Source of the DNA: Naegleria gruberi
Taxonomy: Eukaryota
DNA: 64,000 nt
Strand: one strand, 5' to 3'
Assembly: GCA_000004985.1 (NCBI GenBank)
Contig: GG738855.1
In this document: in pieces, positions 1 through 10,312 of the stretch
Position numbering within the stretch: the stretch's first letter is position 1
How the letters are laid out: the number at the start of each line of letters is the position of its first letter
Made by a program: the position numbers and the translations under genes
Notes under the pieces: generated by a model
The model's input: only the letters and a program-made list of their open reading frames with translations
The model's database searches: none
Told to the model about the DNA's origin: nothing

Positions 1-364
1 ATTGATTCCAATCATAATTATCTTCTTCTTCATCATCTTCATCAATCCACTTTGACCAATCAACAGCAATATTTCTATTCTTGATGTTGGATTTAGTGAG
101 TCTTGGCCAGAATTCGCCACTCTCGGTTCTTTCAATGTTAAGATCAATAGATCTACCAGACACTTTCCATTTTGATTTTTCGGTATTGATTTCACCAAAC
201 AATTCCAATTCCAATTCATACTTGTTTTCACCTCCTGTTGCTGAAAACTTTAAAATACTATTATCCAATGAAACTTTGACATCTGTAGCATCTGGGACTT
301 CAACAGTCACATAGACACGATCGGCTCTTGGAGCCCACAAAACGTGAGGAACATGTACAGACAT
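1..364 (-). CDS. p23/Sba1-type Hsp90 co-chaperone (CS domain). Partial: ATG at 364-362, 3' end runs off the window
   Basis: My translation of the reverse strand gives MSVHVPHVLWAPRADRVYVTVEVPDATDVKVSLDNSILKFSATGGENKYELELELFGEINTEKSKWKVSGRSIDLNIERTESGEFWPRLTKSNIKNRNIAVDWSKWIDEDDEEED. It aligns with the p23 (prostaglandin E synthase 3) motifs W..R.D.V....V.D..DV.V......L.F...G......H..I.LF..I.P..S.....RSI...L.K.ESG..WPRLTK. Not in the ORF track because it runs off the edge. Confidence 0.7.
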   Translation of the reverse strand, partial: MSVHVPHVLWAPRADRVYVTVEVPDATDVKVSLDNSILKFSATGGENKYELELELFGEINTEKSKWKVSGRSIDLNIERTESGEFWPRLTKSNIKNRNIAVDWSKWIDEDDEEEDNYDWNQ

Positions 365-428
365 TTTTTTAAGAATTGTGTATTTGATTAAATTCCGAGA
401 ACAACAAGATCATTCCGAATAATATTTA

Positions 429-674
429 TTATTTTCGGAACATACAACAATTTTTGTTCTTCACATTGTCGAAAATTATAGAGTTGGTGATTATTTTGAT
501 AGGATGTAAAATATCAAAGATAACCAATGTTTTAATGTTTTGCTCTAAATCTTCCATTCTCTCATTCAAAACACCCTTAATTTCCCTATCTAATGCATTA
601 ATTTTCATGAGAACATTTAAATCAATCATTAGAAAGAAAGCAATATTTATATCTTTGAAGTTGTTGCAAACCAT
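429..674 (-). CDS. Small charged/coiled-coil-like ORF of uncertain reality
   Basis: Track ORF of 81 aa (..KINALDREIKGVLNERMEDLEQNIKTL..) lying between the p23 and NEK genes. An overlapping antisense ORF (454..864 +) exists. No homology recognised. Confidence 0.2.
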   Translation of the reverse strand: MVCNNFKDINIAFFLMIDLNVLMKINALDREIKGVLNERMEDLEQNIKTLVIFDILHPIKIITNSIIFDNVKNKNCCMFRK

Positions 675-980
675 GATAGATCGATCACCTTCTGTATATT
701 CTATTCTATCAATATTGACATTAACTTTTCCAATAGAATATTGCGAAGAAATGGACGAAGATTTTGATGAAATTTATTCGGATGAAACAAACTTGTCTTG
801 TTATTCCAGAGTACAACATCGTTTTCGAAAAATCAAGTTAAAATTAGTATCTACCGAATCTTGAATATTAAAGATTGGTGGTGATTATTTTGCTATGTTA
901 AATATTATCTTGAAAGTGGAATCTCTCCCTGTTGAAATAAAATAGACAGTATTAAGGTTCCATTTTTTGGTGGGAAGAAG

Positions 981-992
981 TTGGCGCCAAAA
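981..992. promoter_or_regulatory. Palindromic E2F-like element TTGGCGCCAAAA in the divergent promoter between the p23 and NEK genes
   Basis: Perfect 10-bp palindrome TTGGCGCCAA inside a very AT-rich spacer. The same 10-mer recurs at 9334, 31509 and 57692, always in 5' intergenic DNA. Confidence 0.5.
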
Positions 993-1094
993 CATTAAAA
1001 AAAAATACAACAAGATTAATTCGAGTAGAAACCCCATCACGAGTCGAGTCAGTTGTATAGTAATTGTGCTAGGAAGCTAGATTGTAAATAGTGA

Positions 1095-3117
1095 ATGAAT
1101 ATAAATATAATGGGTTTTCAGGATTATGATATTATTGAAGAGCTAGGATCTGGTTCCTACGGAAAAGTTTTCACTGTTCGGGATCGAAGAACTGGAGAAA
1201 TTTGTGTTCAGAAAATTGTTAGCCTAGATGGAGTTGATGAAAAGGATAGAGAAGAAACATTAAATGAGGTTCGTAGGAGTAATTATAATACAGTGCATTG
1301 ACTCTGAATAGGCTCGTTTAATGAGCCAGTGTGAACATTTCAATATCATTAAATATTTGGACTCTTTCATCGAGAATAACTACCTATGTATTATTATGGA
1401 ATATGCATCTGGAGGGGATCTGACAAAGAAAATTAAAGCACAACAGGGAAAACCATTCAAGGAAGATTTAGTGTGGAACTTTTTGATACAGATATCTCAA
1501 GGGTTGAAATATTTGCATGACAAGAGAATTTTGGTAAGTTTGTAAATTATTACAAATATTAAACTGATCACATATTATAGCACAGAGATCTTAAACCTCA
1601 AAATATATTTCTAGATGCAGAGGATAATATTAAAATTGGAGATATGGGTTTAGGAAGAATACTAGGACCTCAATCCTCTTTCGCCTCATCAAATGTAGGA
1701 ACACCTCTTTATCAAAGCCCTGAGCTGTGTCAGGAAAAGCCTTACAATCATAAGAGTGACATTTGGGCTTTTGGATGTCTTTTATATGAGCTAGCAGCTT
1801 TTTCACCTCCATTCTTAGCAACAAATCAGATAGCTCTAGCAAAGTAAGTCTCTTTGTTATACTAAATATACTTATGTTATAATAGGAAAATTGTTGGTGA
1901 TAGACCAAACAGTCTTCCCAAAATCTATTCTATGGAACTTCAATTTTTAATATTTAAAATGTTAGAAAAGGAGCCAAGTAAGAGACCAGATATAAACCAA
2001 ATATTGAATTATTCGGCTGTAAAGTTGAGAATTCAAAAGGCTAAGCTTAGACACAAGGAGTTAAAATTGAAGGAGCAATTTTTAACTTTGGAAAAACAAT
2101 TGAGAATGGATTATGAGACAAAAATTGATATGCTCGAAAGGAAACTCTCTGATTACAGATACCAGGAGGAGCAAGTGCAAATGGAAAGAGAAAATATTGT
2201 ACGTAAATAATTCTTAACATGGAATCTAATAATTTGTTATCTCACAACAGAGAGAAAGAGCTCAAGAGCTGGATAAGAAAGAGAATGGGCTGAGAGAACT
2301 CGAGGAAAAACTGCTGAGAAAGCAACACCAACTCAATGAGCTCATAAAACATGGGCATGTTATTATTTCAACACCAAATTCTGGGATTGGTCCCACCATC
2401 ACACCAAGCATACCATCGCCATTTACTTCGCCTGTGAAAGAGCACGGGACACCACAGAGAAAGGTCGACAGTAAATATTATAAACCTGAAACAACTAAGG
2501 TAGTACAAGAAAAGTTCAACTCACTCTATAACATGTTCCATGAACAACAACCAAATAATAGTCCTAATGCTCAGAAAGCTCGATCAGCACCATCAACACC
2601 TGTTAAAAAGCGAACCGATGCAGTTCCAAAGACTCCAAGCCCTAAACCTGTTCACAGACCAAAGAGCAATGGCAATGCTCCTCTTGAACACACACCAAAA
2701 CAAAAACGAAAGAATTCCAATCCTCCATCAACACCAAATGTAAACTCTTCCCAGGTGAGTGTTGGATCCTCAGTCCAGTTAGACTCTAAATTTGTTGGTA
2801 AGGTAATGGGTAAAATAATGCAGAAGAAGCAAACTACTGAGACACCACTAGGAAATAAGGGAAGAAAGCTAGGTATGGGAGGTTCTCCAGATGAAGGTTT
2901 GGTTGATAATAGGGTAAAGAAAAAGTTATCATTTGAAGAAAGTGAACCAACCTTATTCAGACCAATGCCAAGAACATCGCCCACATCAAGGCACTTTGAC
3001 TTTAGAATTTCAGAACCCAAAATAGAGATTGAAGAGTTCAATTCAGATGAAGAAAACTCAGAAGAAGACCTGTTCGTTTTAAGGAGGAAACTGAAAAATG
3101 AAGAACTAAACAAATAA
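1095..3117 (+). CDS. NIMA-related (NEK) Ser/Thr protein kinase with C-terminal coiled-coil and S/P/K-rich tail; 5 exons
   Basis: Exons about 1095-1268, 1312-1533, 1581-1843, 1886-2198 and 2251-3117. Donors are GTTCGT/GTAAGT/GTAAGT/GTACGT, acceptors are AG, and frames were checked against the track ORFs. The spliced product reads GSGSYGKV..CVQKI..LNEARLMSQCEHFNIIKYLDSF..IIMEYASGGDL..HDKRILHRDLKPQNIFL..IKIGDMGLGRIL..GTPLYQSPELCQEKPYNHKSDIWAFGCLLYEL, which is a NEK catalytic domain. The initiator could instead be the ATG at 1110. Confidence 0.85.
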
Positions 3118-3118
3118 T

Positions 3119-6100
3119 TTATTCTGTTTGATAATAGATTACAACATTTCTTGTACCACCAGCAGCAAAGAGAGGGAACTTGTCATGGAAGCAGCACGAT
3201 CCAACTTTTTCACCTTCTATATCTTGTAAAATACCTACACACTGGGCAGTTCTGCAATTGAAGATGATAATCAAACCCTTAGACGTTCCAGTGACAAGAT
3301 ATGGAGATATTTCTGCATTTCCAGAAACTCCAATCGCTGTCACATTATCATTTGAAGAATCAGAAAGTTTAGGAATATCCTTCTTATTGTATGTGTGTAA
3401 TCTTGTAGCTGCTTCATTCAAAAAGAACAAACCACAAAGTTGAGCATTTTCAGTAACATTCTCTTTGTGAATAGCAACCAAAAATATTCCTTGGTTTGCT
3501 CCAGTGGTTACAGCCTTAATTACAGAAGAGTAAATAACAGAGTATGGATTTAAAGCTATTTTTTGGAGTAATTTTCCACTACTCATTCTCCAAATGCCAA
3601 TATATGAATTAGTACTTCCAATTACAAAATCTTTCAATTCAGGGACAAACTGAAGGTTATTGATGGCTTCCTTTCCATTAAGGGTTTGGAATGTGACAAC
3701 CTTGACCCTACTCGTAAAATCACTTGTGAGCATGTATTTTAAAAGTTCTCCATTATTGGTTGCAACCATCAAAGTAGAGTCGTAAACTTCCATACAAGAT
3801 ATTGGTGATCTTACATCATCCAAGCTTAATAGGGGTTTTTTCTCTTGACCCAACTGACTTCTGATTGATGACCCATCGATATCAAAGAATCTGATATGAT
3901 AGGAGAGAGTTCCATCAGCTTGGGCAGGATTTTCATCATCCAGTATGGACATGGTCATGGTTATTGATGGTTCAAATGAGGAAGAGGCAATAATCAACAT
4001 TTCTCCATCAGGTGTAAACTTGGAAGAATAAAACTCCTCATTTTCTTCATTTTCTAAACCAAAAAGTTCTGTTTGAATCCATTCTGATCCTGTTAGCTCA
4101 ATTAAGGATACTTGAGTCTTTGTACAAATAGTTAATCTGGGATCACCTACTGGTGAAAATATCATGTTCAAAACTGGACCCTTAATCTTGATCCTACTAT
4201 AGGACTTGAGAGGATGTTGCTTGTCTATTTTTTCGATTGGATGTCTAGGTAGAGAATTTTGTGATAGCACAGGTTGAGATCGCATAGGAGAGGCAAAACT
4301 GGCACGTGGAGGACTGGAAAGTGGAGGTGTGCTTAGATTACTTTTGTCTGCATCATTTTCAGATGTAACAGGTTTTGTGGCACTGGATGAAGCCAGCACA
4401 GGTGAGGAAGGTATTTCTTCCTCATCTTCTGATTCAAAATTCAAACTAAAATTGACAGCGATTGTTGGCTCAAGCTCATATTTAGGTTTAACATCCAAAG
4501 TTTCACCCTTGTTCACTATTGGAGGAGATCCTAAATTAGCTTTTGTTAGAATAGGTGAAAAGTTGATTGGTGGTGAACTGAAATCTTTGATTTCAAAAGT
4601 TTGAGAAGGTGTTCTTGGTGACAATTCATCATCTGTTTCATCATCTTGAACTTGCATAAATGGATTCTTCTTTTTGCTTGGAGAAATATCGCCTGGATTC
4701 AAAACTATCTTTACAGCAGAGTATTGTGTCTCTTCCACCTCTTCAAGAATTACATCAGATTTAGGAGTGGTATATGACAATATTCTACTGGTATTATGTG
4801 GTGGTGTAGACATTGGTGGTGGATTATTATCTTCTTCCATTTCATCATCACTAACATTTGCTCCTTGAGATTCAAGTGGATCGTAATAGACTGTTGGAGG
4901 AATTACAATTTGTGGTGATTGTGCCTTTTCCTTTGGCTTAATTGGAGTTGGGGTTGGTGGAACTTCTTCATCATCAATCATTGTGTCAGCTTGTTTCACA
5001 TTTCCTTCTTTTGTAGTTTCTTCTTTAGCTGGTGGTGTAATATCCAAGTTCATGGATGGAAGGGTTTGAGGTGTTTCATCGTCTTCATCTAATTTATCGG
5101 TAGATGTCTTTTCCAGAGAAATATTTGGTTTCTGAACTGTTGGTGGAGGAGGTGATGGTGCTGTTTCAGTTTTGGTTTCTAATTTCTCTTCCAGATTCGG
5201 AAGCTCGGTTGGTGTACTCAATGATGGTGAATTCAAGTCAGCACTGTCATTGGTATTGAAATTAATGTCAACAGTAGGCATAATGAGAACAGGTTTGTTT
5301 GGTGAGGGTTTTGTGGTCGGGTTAGGACTACTTTGTTTGGCTTCTATGATTGTTATTGTGGTTGTTGCAGAACTGTTGGTGGGAACTGGTTGATGATTGG
5401 CTGGTTCCAAATCCTCCATAAATAATAAATCATCACCTGGAGGCAAAGAATCAGGTGTACTACTTGGAGAATCGAGTGTTGGTGATTTTGGAAGATCAGT
5501 ATTAATTCTGAGGGGAGATTTTGGCTTTTCGATTGGTTCACAAGTTTTTGTTGTGGATTCAATTGGTTTCACTTGTTCCACAATTGTTTCAACCTCAGCT
5601 TGTACAATTTGTTCACTTGTGATGGGTGGTTTCTTCTCAATGGTTTCAATGATGGCTGGTTCAGTAAAAGATGTGTCCTTTGGAGGAGAGTTGAAAGATG
5701 TTTCAACCTTTTCCTCTTGTGTACTTTTCTTGTTATCCAGTGGTTGAATTTCTTCTCCCTCATCCAGCATTGGATCCTTTTTGACTACTTCTTCTGTTGC
5801 TATAGTTATTTCTATTAATGGCTGTACTGTAGTTTCAGAAGGTTTTTCTATGATATCTACAATCATTTTGTCTTCATTTTGCTTAATGGTTTCCTCGATA
5901 GTACTACTAGTTGGAGGAGTAGGTGGTGGAAGAATATTTTGAGATGGTAATGAGGCTGTCAAGGATGAACTAGTACTACTGGACTTTTGGGTACTGCTCT
6001 CTTGGGTTGACCTCTTGGATTGAGATGGAAGGGATGGTACTGCAAATTCTTCGTTTCGTCTCTCGATTGGCATTTTTCGATTTTGCAAAGGAGAAATAAC

Positions 6101-7264
6101 TTTGAGCTTGTCAACTTTTGGTGATTTTGGCATATTTACAAGGGATAGACGGGTGTTTGATGTAGAATTGTCTTCACTGTCACTCTCTTCAGCAATGGAT
6201 TCTTGACTGATAAGATTGGAAGTTTGGCTTGGTATTTTGGGTGGAGAGGAAGAAATTACTTGCTCTTGGTTTGATTTTTCAACTACAATATGAGATGACT
6301 CAGAATGAGTTGGTGTTACTATTGGCTCATCCGCATTGGGTCTCGAAAGAAGCATGAAATCGAGATTTTCTCTTGCATTAGTTGGGGAGGTATTAGAAAC
6401 AGGTGTAACATCATATTCTAAAGTATCCATTTTGAGCTTTTTGAGTGGTGTAATTTCTTCTGATGAAATTATTGATGAAGAAGGTTTTGGAGAAATTTGA
6501 GAAGATTCAGAGTCAGCTCCATTCTCTCTCATTGAATCATCTTCAACATCCTTGATTACTCTCTTACTTCTCTTCTTTCGTCTTTTTACAGCTGTGGTCA
6601 ATATTGTTGATGATGAATCCTCTGAAACAGTATCATCTGTCATTGTATCTGTTTGTTGATTTTCTTCAAGGAGCCGTTTTTTAGTATTTTCTAAACTCGT
6701 AATTTCTTCCAATAACTTTGCTTTTTCCTTTTCCAAAATGTCTTTCCAATATTCTCTGTCTCTTCCTCCAAAATAGTTAACCCTTGTGGGTAAGTGTAAA
6801 TTCTTTTGTTTGGCTATAGAATTGAGTAGATTTTTCAGAAAGTCTTCACAAAATCCAAAAGCTTTCAATCCTGTTAAATCTTCTGTATTGACTCCTATAT
6901 ATACATAATCCACGATAGTTTTATCCGTATTATTGATTGCATTCTCATCTTCAACCATTTCGGGTTGATACATTTGAAATGCTTGTTTGAAAGGTTGAGA
7001 GCAGCAACTTCCCATAAATCTTTCTCCGACACCTTTCCTACTCGAAACATCAGTAACCACAAATTGTGGTCCAACTAAACCTTTTATCACCTCGATTTGA
7101 AATTGTATTAATTCTATAGCATTATCAGTGGACCAATCTTTTTCATTTGGTTTTTTAGTTCTTCTCCTTCTCCTCAGCCTGAGTATTGCTGTATAACCTG
7201 ATGGATAGGGATGTTGATATTCTCCCTTGAATTTCCTCCAATAACTTTCCACTGACCCGAACAA
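3119..7264 (-). CDS. Very large (1381 aa) hypothetical protein: N-terminal globular region plus coiled coil, long S/T/P/E-rich disordered middle, C-terminal beta-propeller-like domain
   Basis: Single uninterrupted ORF. Track M is a TTG; the true ATG is not resolved. The last roughly 400 aa have repeated hydrophobic-strand periodicity (..LLKYMLTSDF..VIGSTNSYIGIWRMSSG..GLIIIFNCRTAQ..) suggestive of WD40 or another beta-propeller. The stop lies 1 nt from the NEK stop (convergent). Confidence 0.6.
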   Translation of the reverse strand: MFGSVESYWRKFKGEYQHPYPSGYTAILRLRRRRRTKKPNEKDWSTDNAIELIQFQIEVIKGLVGPQFVVTDVSSRKGVGERFMGSCCSQPFKQAFQMYQPEMVEDENAINNTDKTIVDYVYIGVNTEDLTGLKAFGFCEDFLKNLLNSIAKQKNLHLPTRVNYFGGRDREYWKDILEKEKAKLLEEITSLENTKKRLLEENQQTDTMTDDTVSEDSSSTILTTAVKRRKKRSKRVIKDVEDDSMRENGADSESSQISPKPSSSIISSEEITPLKKLKMDTLEYDVTPVSNTSPTNARENLDFMLLSRPNADEPIVTPTHSESSHIVVEKSNQEQVISSSPPKIPSQTSNLISQESIAEESDSEDNSTSNTRLSLVNMPKSPKVDKLKVISPLQNRKMPIERRNEEFAVPSLPSQSKRSTQESSTQKSSSTSSSLTASLPSQNILPPPTPPTSSTIEETIKQNEDKMIVDIIEKPSETTVQPLIEITIATEEVVKKDPMLDEGEEIQPLDNKKSTQEEKVETSFNSPPKDTSFTEPAIIETIEKKPPITSEQIVQAEVETIVEQVKPIESTTKTCEPIEKPKSPLRINTDLPKSPTLDSPSSTPDSLPPGDDLLFMEDLEPANHQPVPTNSSATTTITIIEAKQSSPNPTTKPSPNKPVLIMPTVDINFNTNDSADLNSPSLSTPTELPNLEEKLETKTETAPSPPPPTVQKPNISLEKTSTDKLDEDDETPQTLPSMNLDITPPAKEETTKEGNVKQADTMIDDEEVPPTPTPIKPKEKAQSPQIVIPPTVYYDPLESQGANVSDDEMEEDNNPPPMSTPPHNTSRILSYTTPKSDVILEEVEETQYSAVKIVLNPGDISPSKKKNPFMQVQDDETDDELSPRTPSQTFEIKDFSSPPINFSPILTKANLGSPPIVNKGETLDVKPKYELEPTIAVNFSLNFESEDEEEIPSSPVLASSSATKPVTSENDADKSNLSTPPLSSPPRASFASPMRSQPVLSQNSLPRHPIEKIDKQHPLKSYSRIKIKGPVLNMIFSPVGDPRLTICTKTQVSLIELTGSEWIQTELFGLENEENEEFYSSKFTPDGEMLIIASSSFEPSITMTMSILDDENPAQADGTLSYHIRFFDIDGSSIRSQLGQEKKPLLSLDDVRSPISCMEVYDSTLMVATNNGELLKYMLTSDFTSRVKVVTFQTLNGKEAINNLQFVPELKDFVIGSTNSYIGIWRMSSGKLLQKIALNPYSVIYSSVIKAVTTGANQGIFLVAIHKENVTENAQLCGLFFLNEAATRLHTYNKKDIPKLSDSSNDNVTAIGVSGNAEISPYLVTGTSKGLIIIFNCRTAQCVGILQDIEGEKVGSCCFHDKFPLFAAGGTRNVVIYYQTE

Positions 7265-7289
7265 AGTCTTTTTCGTTGATGAATTCCAA

Positions 7290-7592
7290 TCAGGAAGAAG
7301 GAAACTCTATCAAATCACCAAGAGAAATAACCTCCAATGGAAGACATCTCAACGTGAAGGGTGTTGTTACAATTGTTCTAGTGTTCTGTAATGATGTGTT
7401 TTTACTCTCGCCTCGATCGGATCTATTATTATTCACTAATTGATCATCAGAAAAATCGTAAATATCACAACAAAAAGTCGAATATAATTCCTCATGATTT
7501 GTTATCATCACGGAAGAAGCAGATCCTCCACCACTCGATGAAGCAGAAGCAGCAACAGAAGAGGCCGATGATGTTAATATTCTTCCGTTCAT
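7290..7592 (-). CDS. Small S/A-rich ORF (100 aa) directly upstream of the large gene; status uncertain (possibly 5' exon/uORF or spurious)
   Basis: Track ORF with a genuine ATG at 7592. Low complexity (SSASSVAASASSSGGGSASS). No homology. Confidence 0.2.
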   Translation of the reverse strand: MNGRILTSSASSVAASASSSGGGSASSVMITNHEELYSTFCCDIYDFSDDQLVNNNRSDRGESKNTSLQNTRTIVTTPFTLRCLPLEVISLGDLIEFPSS

Positions 7593-7801
7593 TTTTTTTG
7601 TCTTTTCTTAGGAATGAGAGAAATTGTAATTTTGATGATAATTATAACAATATTGTTCGGAAATATCGGAATATTATTGGTTACTATTTGGTTTAATAAT
7701 GAAAGAATTGTTTATTGAATCAGTAACAATTTACAAAAAGATATCTTTTTGCATCATCATTACTCTTTGAACTTTTCGAATAAAAAACAAAATACAAAAA
7801 A

Positions 7802-9208
7802 ATGAAATCGTCCACTTTAATAATATTCATATGTTCACAGGCACTGTTTCTAGCACTGTCAGCACTCACATTTCGATTATATCTATCATCAAAAAACAAT
7901 GAAAAATGTTCAATTTCTTTTTTAATATTGACAGCTCCACGTCAAATGGATGGCAATAGTTTTTATTATCTAGGACAAACAATTAATAGTATTGCTAAAT
8001 TAAAACAACGATTATTCAATCCATGTATTGTAATATTCAATAGCAAGGGAGAAGCTTTTAAAGAAGAAGTTGAATTTATGGTGAGAGGTTCAGCTCTCGA
8101 TGCACAAGTAACAATCTATCACAAGAAGAAGGAATGGGAAAGTAATAATTTTGATAATTCACAATTATCACCTCGGAAGAAACATCAATCCAATGATTTT
8201 TATGATATGATCAAGACGGTTGATTCAAACTTTAGAGTGAAGGATAATACTCCAATTGCCATCATGGAAGATGATTTTATAATGTGTGAAGGAGCTTATT
8301 ATCATTTTGGTAGGATTTTTGAAAAGATTCATGAATTGGAATCGAGTGGAAAGGATTGGGTTGGTTATCGATTCTCCTTCGGTCTGAATGGTGTGCTAAT
8401 TCAGAGAAAGGATCTTGGCAGTATGTTGAGATTTTTGGAGAGAGAATCTGAAACTGATACACCAATTGATTGGCTATTGGAACAATACTTCCATCAATTG
8501 AATCATTATGGAAAATTACGTTTCCAAGACAGATTATTCTATATTTATAGATATCAATTAATGAAACACATTGGTGTCACATCGTCTGTTGGAAATGAGA
8601 GAAATATTGAGAGAAATAATGTTGATTTTCCAAATTGTATGGAACCTCAAACACAATCTCAACTTTTAGTACTGTTCCAGGCAGAGGCATGTCCAAACTC
8701 ATACTTTTTCCCGTGTAATGATACCCTAACTGGATCCAATACACTCACCAAAAGAATTCCAAAGTCAAGTATGGCAGGAGGTATTCCATATATTGACGAT
8801 AAGGACTATGAGTTTGAACATGATACTCTTCGATTGCCTTCCTATTCATCCTCAAATCCTTTACCATTGGTTGAATTGAAGAAAGTGAGAAGTGTTCCAT
8901 GTGATGCATCAGAGAGTTGTTCAACATGTTGTGAACGATTGGGCTCAGTGTGTGAACCTCAATTCTTTTCCTATATTAATAGATGTGATGAGTTGAAACG
9001 ATATGCACCAAATTGTAAGTGCATGTATGAGAGAAATCCTGTTTTGGACTCTAGCTCACCTCTCCTTGATGGAGACTATTGCATTCTTGGTTCAAGACCA
9101 AGCAGATTCAGATGTAAAAATCAAATGGATGGCAAACGAAGATTGTGTCCATGTTTCAGGGAGAAACAAAACTCATTCGATAGGTCAAGAAAGACTTCCA
9201 ATAATTAA
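7802..9208 (+). CDS. Type-II-membrane/secreted protein with DxD-containing (glycosyltransferase-like) domain and C-terminal Cys-rich module
   Basis: ATG at 7802. N-terminal hydrophobic signal/anchor (LIIFICSQALFLALSALTF). An EDDF motif precedes an aromatic-rich core. The C-terminal roughly 110 aa contain about 16 Cys (CDASESCSTCCERLGSVCEP..CKCMYER..CPCF). Family not recognised. Confidence 0.5.
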   Translation: MKSSTLIIFICSQALFLALSALTFRLYLSSKNNEKCSISFLILTAPRQMDGNSFYYLGQTINSIAKLKQRLFNPCIVIFNSKGEAFKEEVEFMVRGSALDAQVTIYHKKKEWESNNFDNSQLSPRKKHQSNDFYDMIKTVDSNFRVKDNTPIAIMEDDFIMCEGAYYHFGRIFEKIHELESSGKDWVGYRFSFGLNGVLIQRKDLGSMLRFLERESETDTPIDWLLEQYFHQLNHYGKLRFQDRLFYIYRYQLMKHIGVTSSVGNERNIERNNVDFPNCMEPQTQSQLLVLFQAEACPNSYFFPCNDTLTGSNTLTKRIPKSSMAGGIPYIDDKDYEFEHDTLRLPSYSSSNPLPLVELKKVRSVPCDASESCSTCCERLGSVCEPQFFSYINRCDELKRYAPNCKCMYERNPVLDSSSPLLDGDYCILGSRPSRFRCKNQMDGKRRLCPCFREKQNSFDRSRKTSNN

Positions 9209-9333
9209 TAAATCTTGAATTTAAAGAAAATATCAAGGTGAGGAACTGATATTGTAATATTGTTTCAAGGTGTGAAGAACTCATTACGGTTATCCAAATC
9301 TTAGGAGAAAAGACAAAACGTAACGGTTTGGAA

Positions 9334-9343
9334 TTGGCGCCAA
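9334..9343. promoter_or_regulatory. TTGGCGCCAA palindrome (E2F-like) about 150 bp upstream of the UBE2S-type E2 gene
   Basis: Exact 10-mer palindrome in 5' intergenic DNA. The downstream gene is a cell-cycle (APC/C) E2 orthologue type. Confidence 0.5.
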
Positions 9344-9493
9344 GAATAAATGCTCATCAGACGTTATTTAAAATTCAAAAAAAAACTACAACACTCTTCA
9401 AAGGTCGTTTGCAGTACATCTTGACGACGACTATTAATTTTAGGAAGACTATCTTCATCTCTTCTATTTATACAATTATAATAATTTAATACA

Positions 9494-10195
9494 ATGAGTA
9501 CTTTCTTGCCACCAAATACACTCCAAAGAGTAACCAAGGAAATTTTCGACCTTCAAAAGAACAAGATTGATGGAATTGAAATTCTCACCTATGATCCTGT
9601 TAGAAATGTAGACTTGTTGAGTGATTTGAGCGAGATTTATGCTTCTATTGATGGTCCACAAGGTACTCCATTCGAAGGAGGTAAATTTACTATCAAATTG
9701 GTCTTGGATCACGAATTCCCTAATAAGCCACCAAAGGGATATTTCGTTACCAAGATTTTCCACCCAAATGTTTCTACACGTGAAGGTGAAATTTGTGTGA
9801 ATACATTGAAGAGAGATTGGAAGTCTACTCTTGGTTTCAGACATGTTCTCATGGTTATTCGTTGTTTGATGATTGAACCAAATCCTGATAGTGCTCTCAA
9901 TGCTGAAGCAGGTAGACTTATTCAAGATAACTATGAAGGTTATTCAAACAAGGCTAAGATGTTCACAGATATCTATGCCAAACAACAACAAGGTGTCACA
10001 AGTCAATCAGAACCTGAAGTGTCCAAGACCATCTCTGAAGAAACTGTTGTTGATTCCGAAAATGCTAAGGAAAATATTTGTAATGTAAATCAAACCCAAC
10101 AAAAGAAACCACTCCTCTTACTCAAAAAGCCAACTACCACCACAACCAATACTTCTACTGTTGCCAAAAAACCAGCAGGTTTGAAACGTCTGTAA
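9494..10195 (+). CDS. UBE2S: Ubiquitin-conjugating enzyme E2, UBE2S-like, with C-terminal K/T-rich extension
   Basis: ATG at 9494, intronless. The UBC fold reads ..FPNKPPKGYFVTKIFHPNVSTREGEICVNTLKRDWKSTLGFRHVLMVIRCLMIEPNPDSALNAEAGRL.., very close to human UBE2S (HPNVGANGEICVNVLKRDW..LIHPNPESALNEEAGRLL). It has the lysine-rich tail typical of UBE2S. Confidence 0.85.
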   Translation: MSTFLPPNTLQRVTKEIFDLQKNKIDGIEILTYDPVRNVDLLSDLSEIYASIDGPQGTPFEGGKFTIKLVLDHEFPNKPPKGYFVTKIFHPNVSTREGEICVNTLKRDWKSTLGFRHVLMVIRCLMIEPNPDSALNAEAGRLIQDNYEGYSNKAKMFTDIYAKQQQGVTSQSEPEVSKTISEETVVDSENAKENICNVNQTQQKKPLLLLKKPTTTTTNTSTVAKKPAGLKRL

Positions 10196-10312
10196 ATGAA
10201 ATCTTGTGTAAGGATGTCATTCTAAGAAGATCTAGGCAATAAATAATATTATTTAACAACATAATAGGATATTAGAGAAACAAATTTCACTAATTACATT
10301 TTACAGTTTTAT

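Noticed and set aside
2652-3113. Antisense ORFs inside long genes (e.g. 2652..3113 -, 13410..14021 -, 15558..16052 -, 28062..28658 -, 28692..29561 -, 47496..47783 -)
   Set aside because: They are mirror-strand reading frames of low-complexity or codon-biased coding sequence (S/L/F-rich). Each lies wholly within a well-supported gene on the other strand. None shows independent homology.
7201-7300. A possible 1-nt coordinate discrepancy between my manual indexing and the ORF track around 7260-7290 and 45465
   Set aside because: Most probably my own counting error. It does not affect any call, but manual splice coordinates should be read as +/-2 nt.
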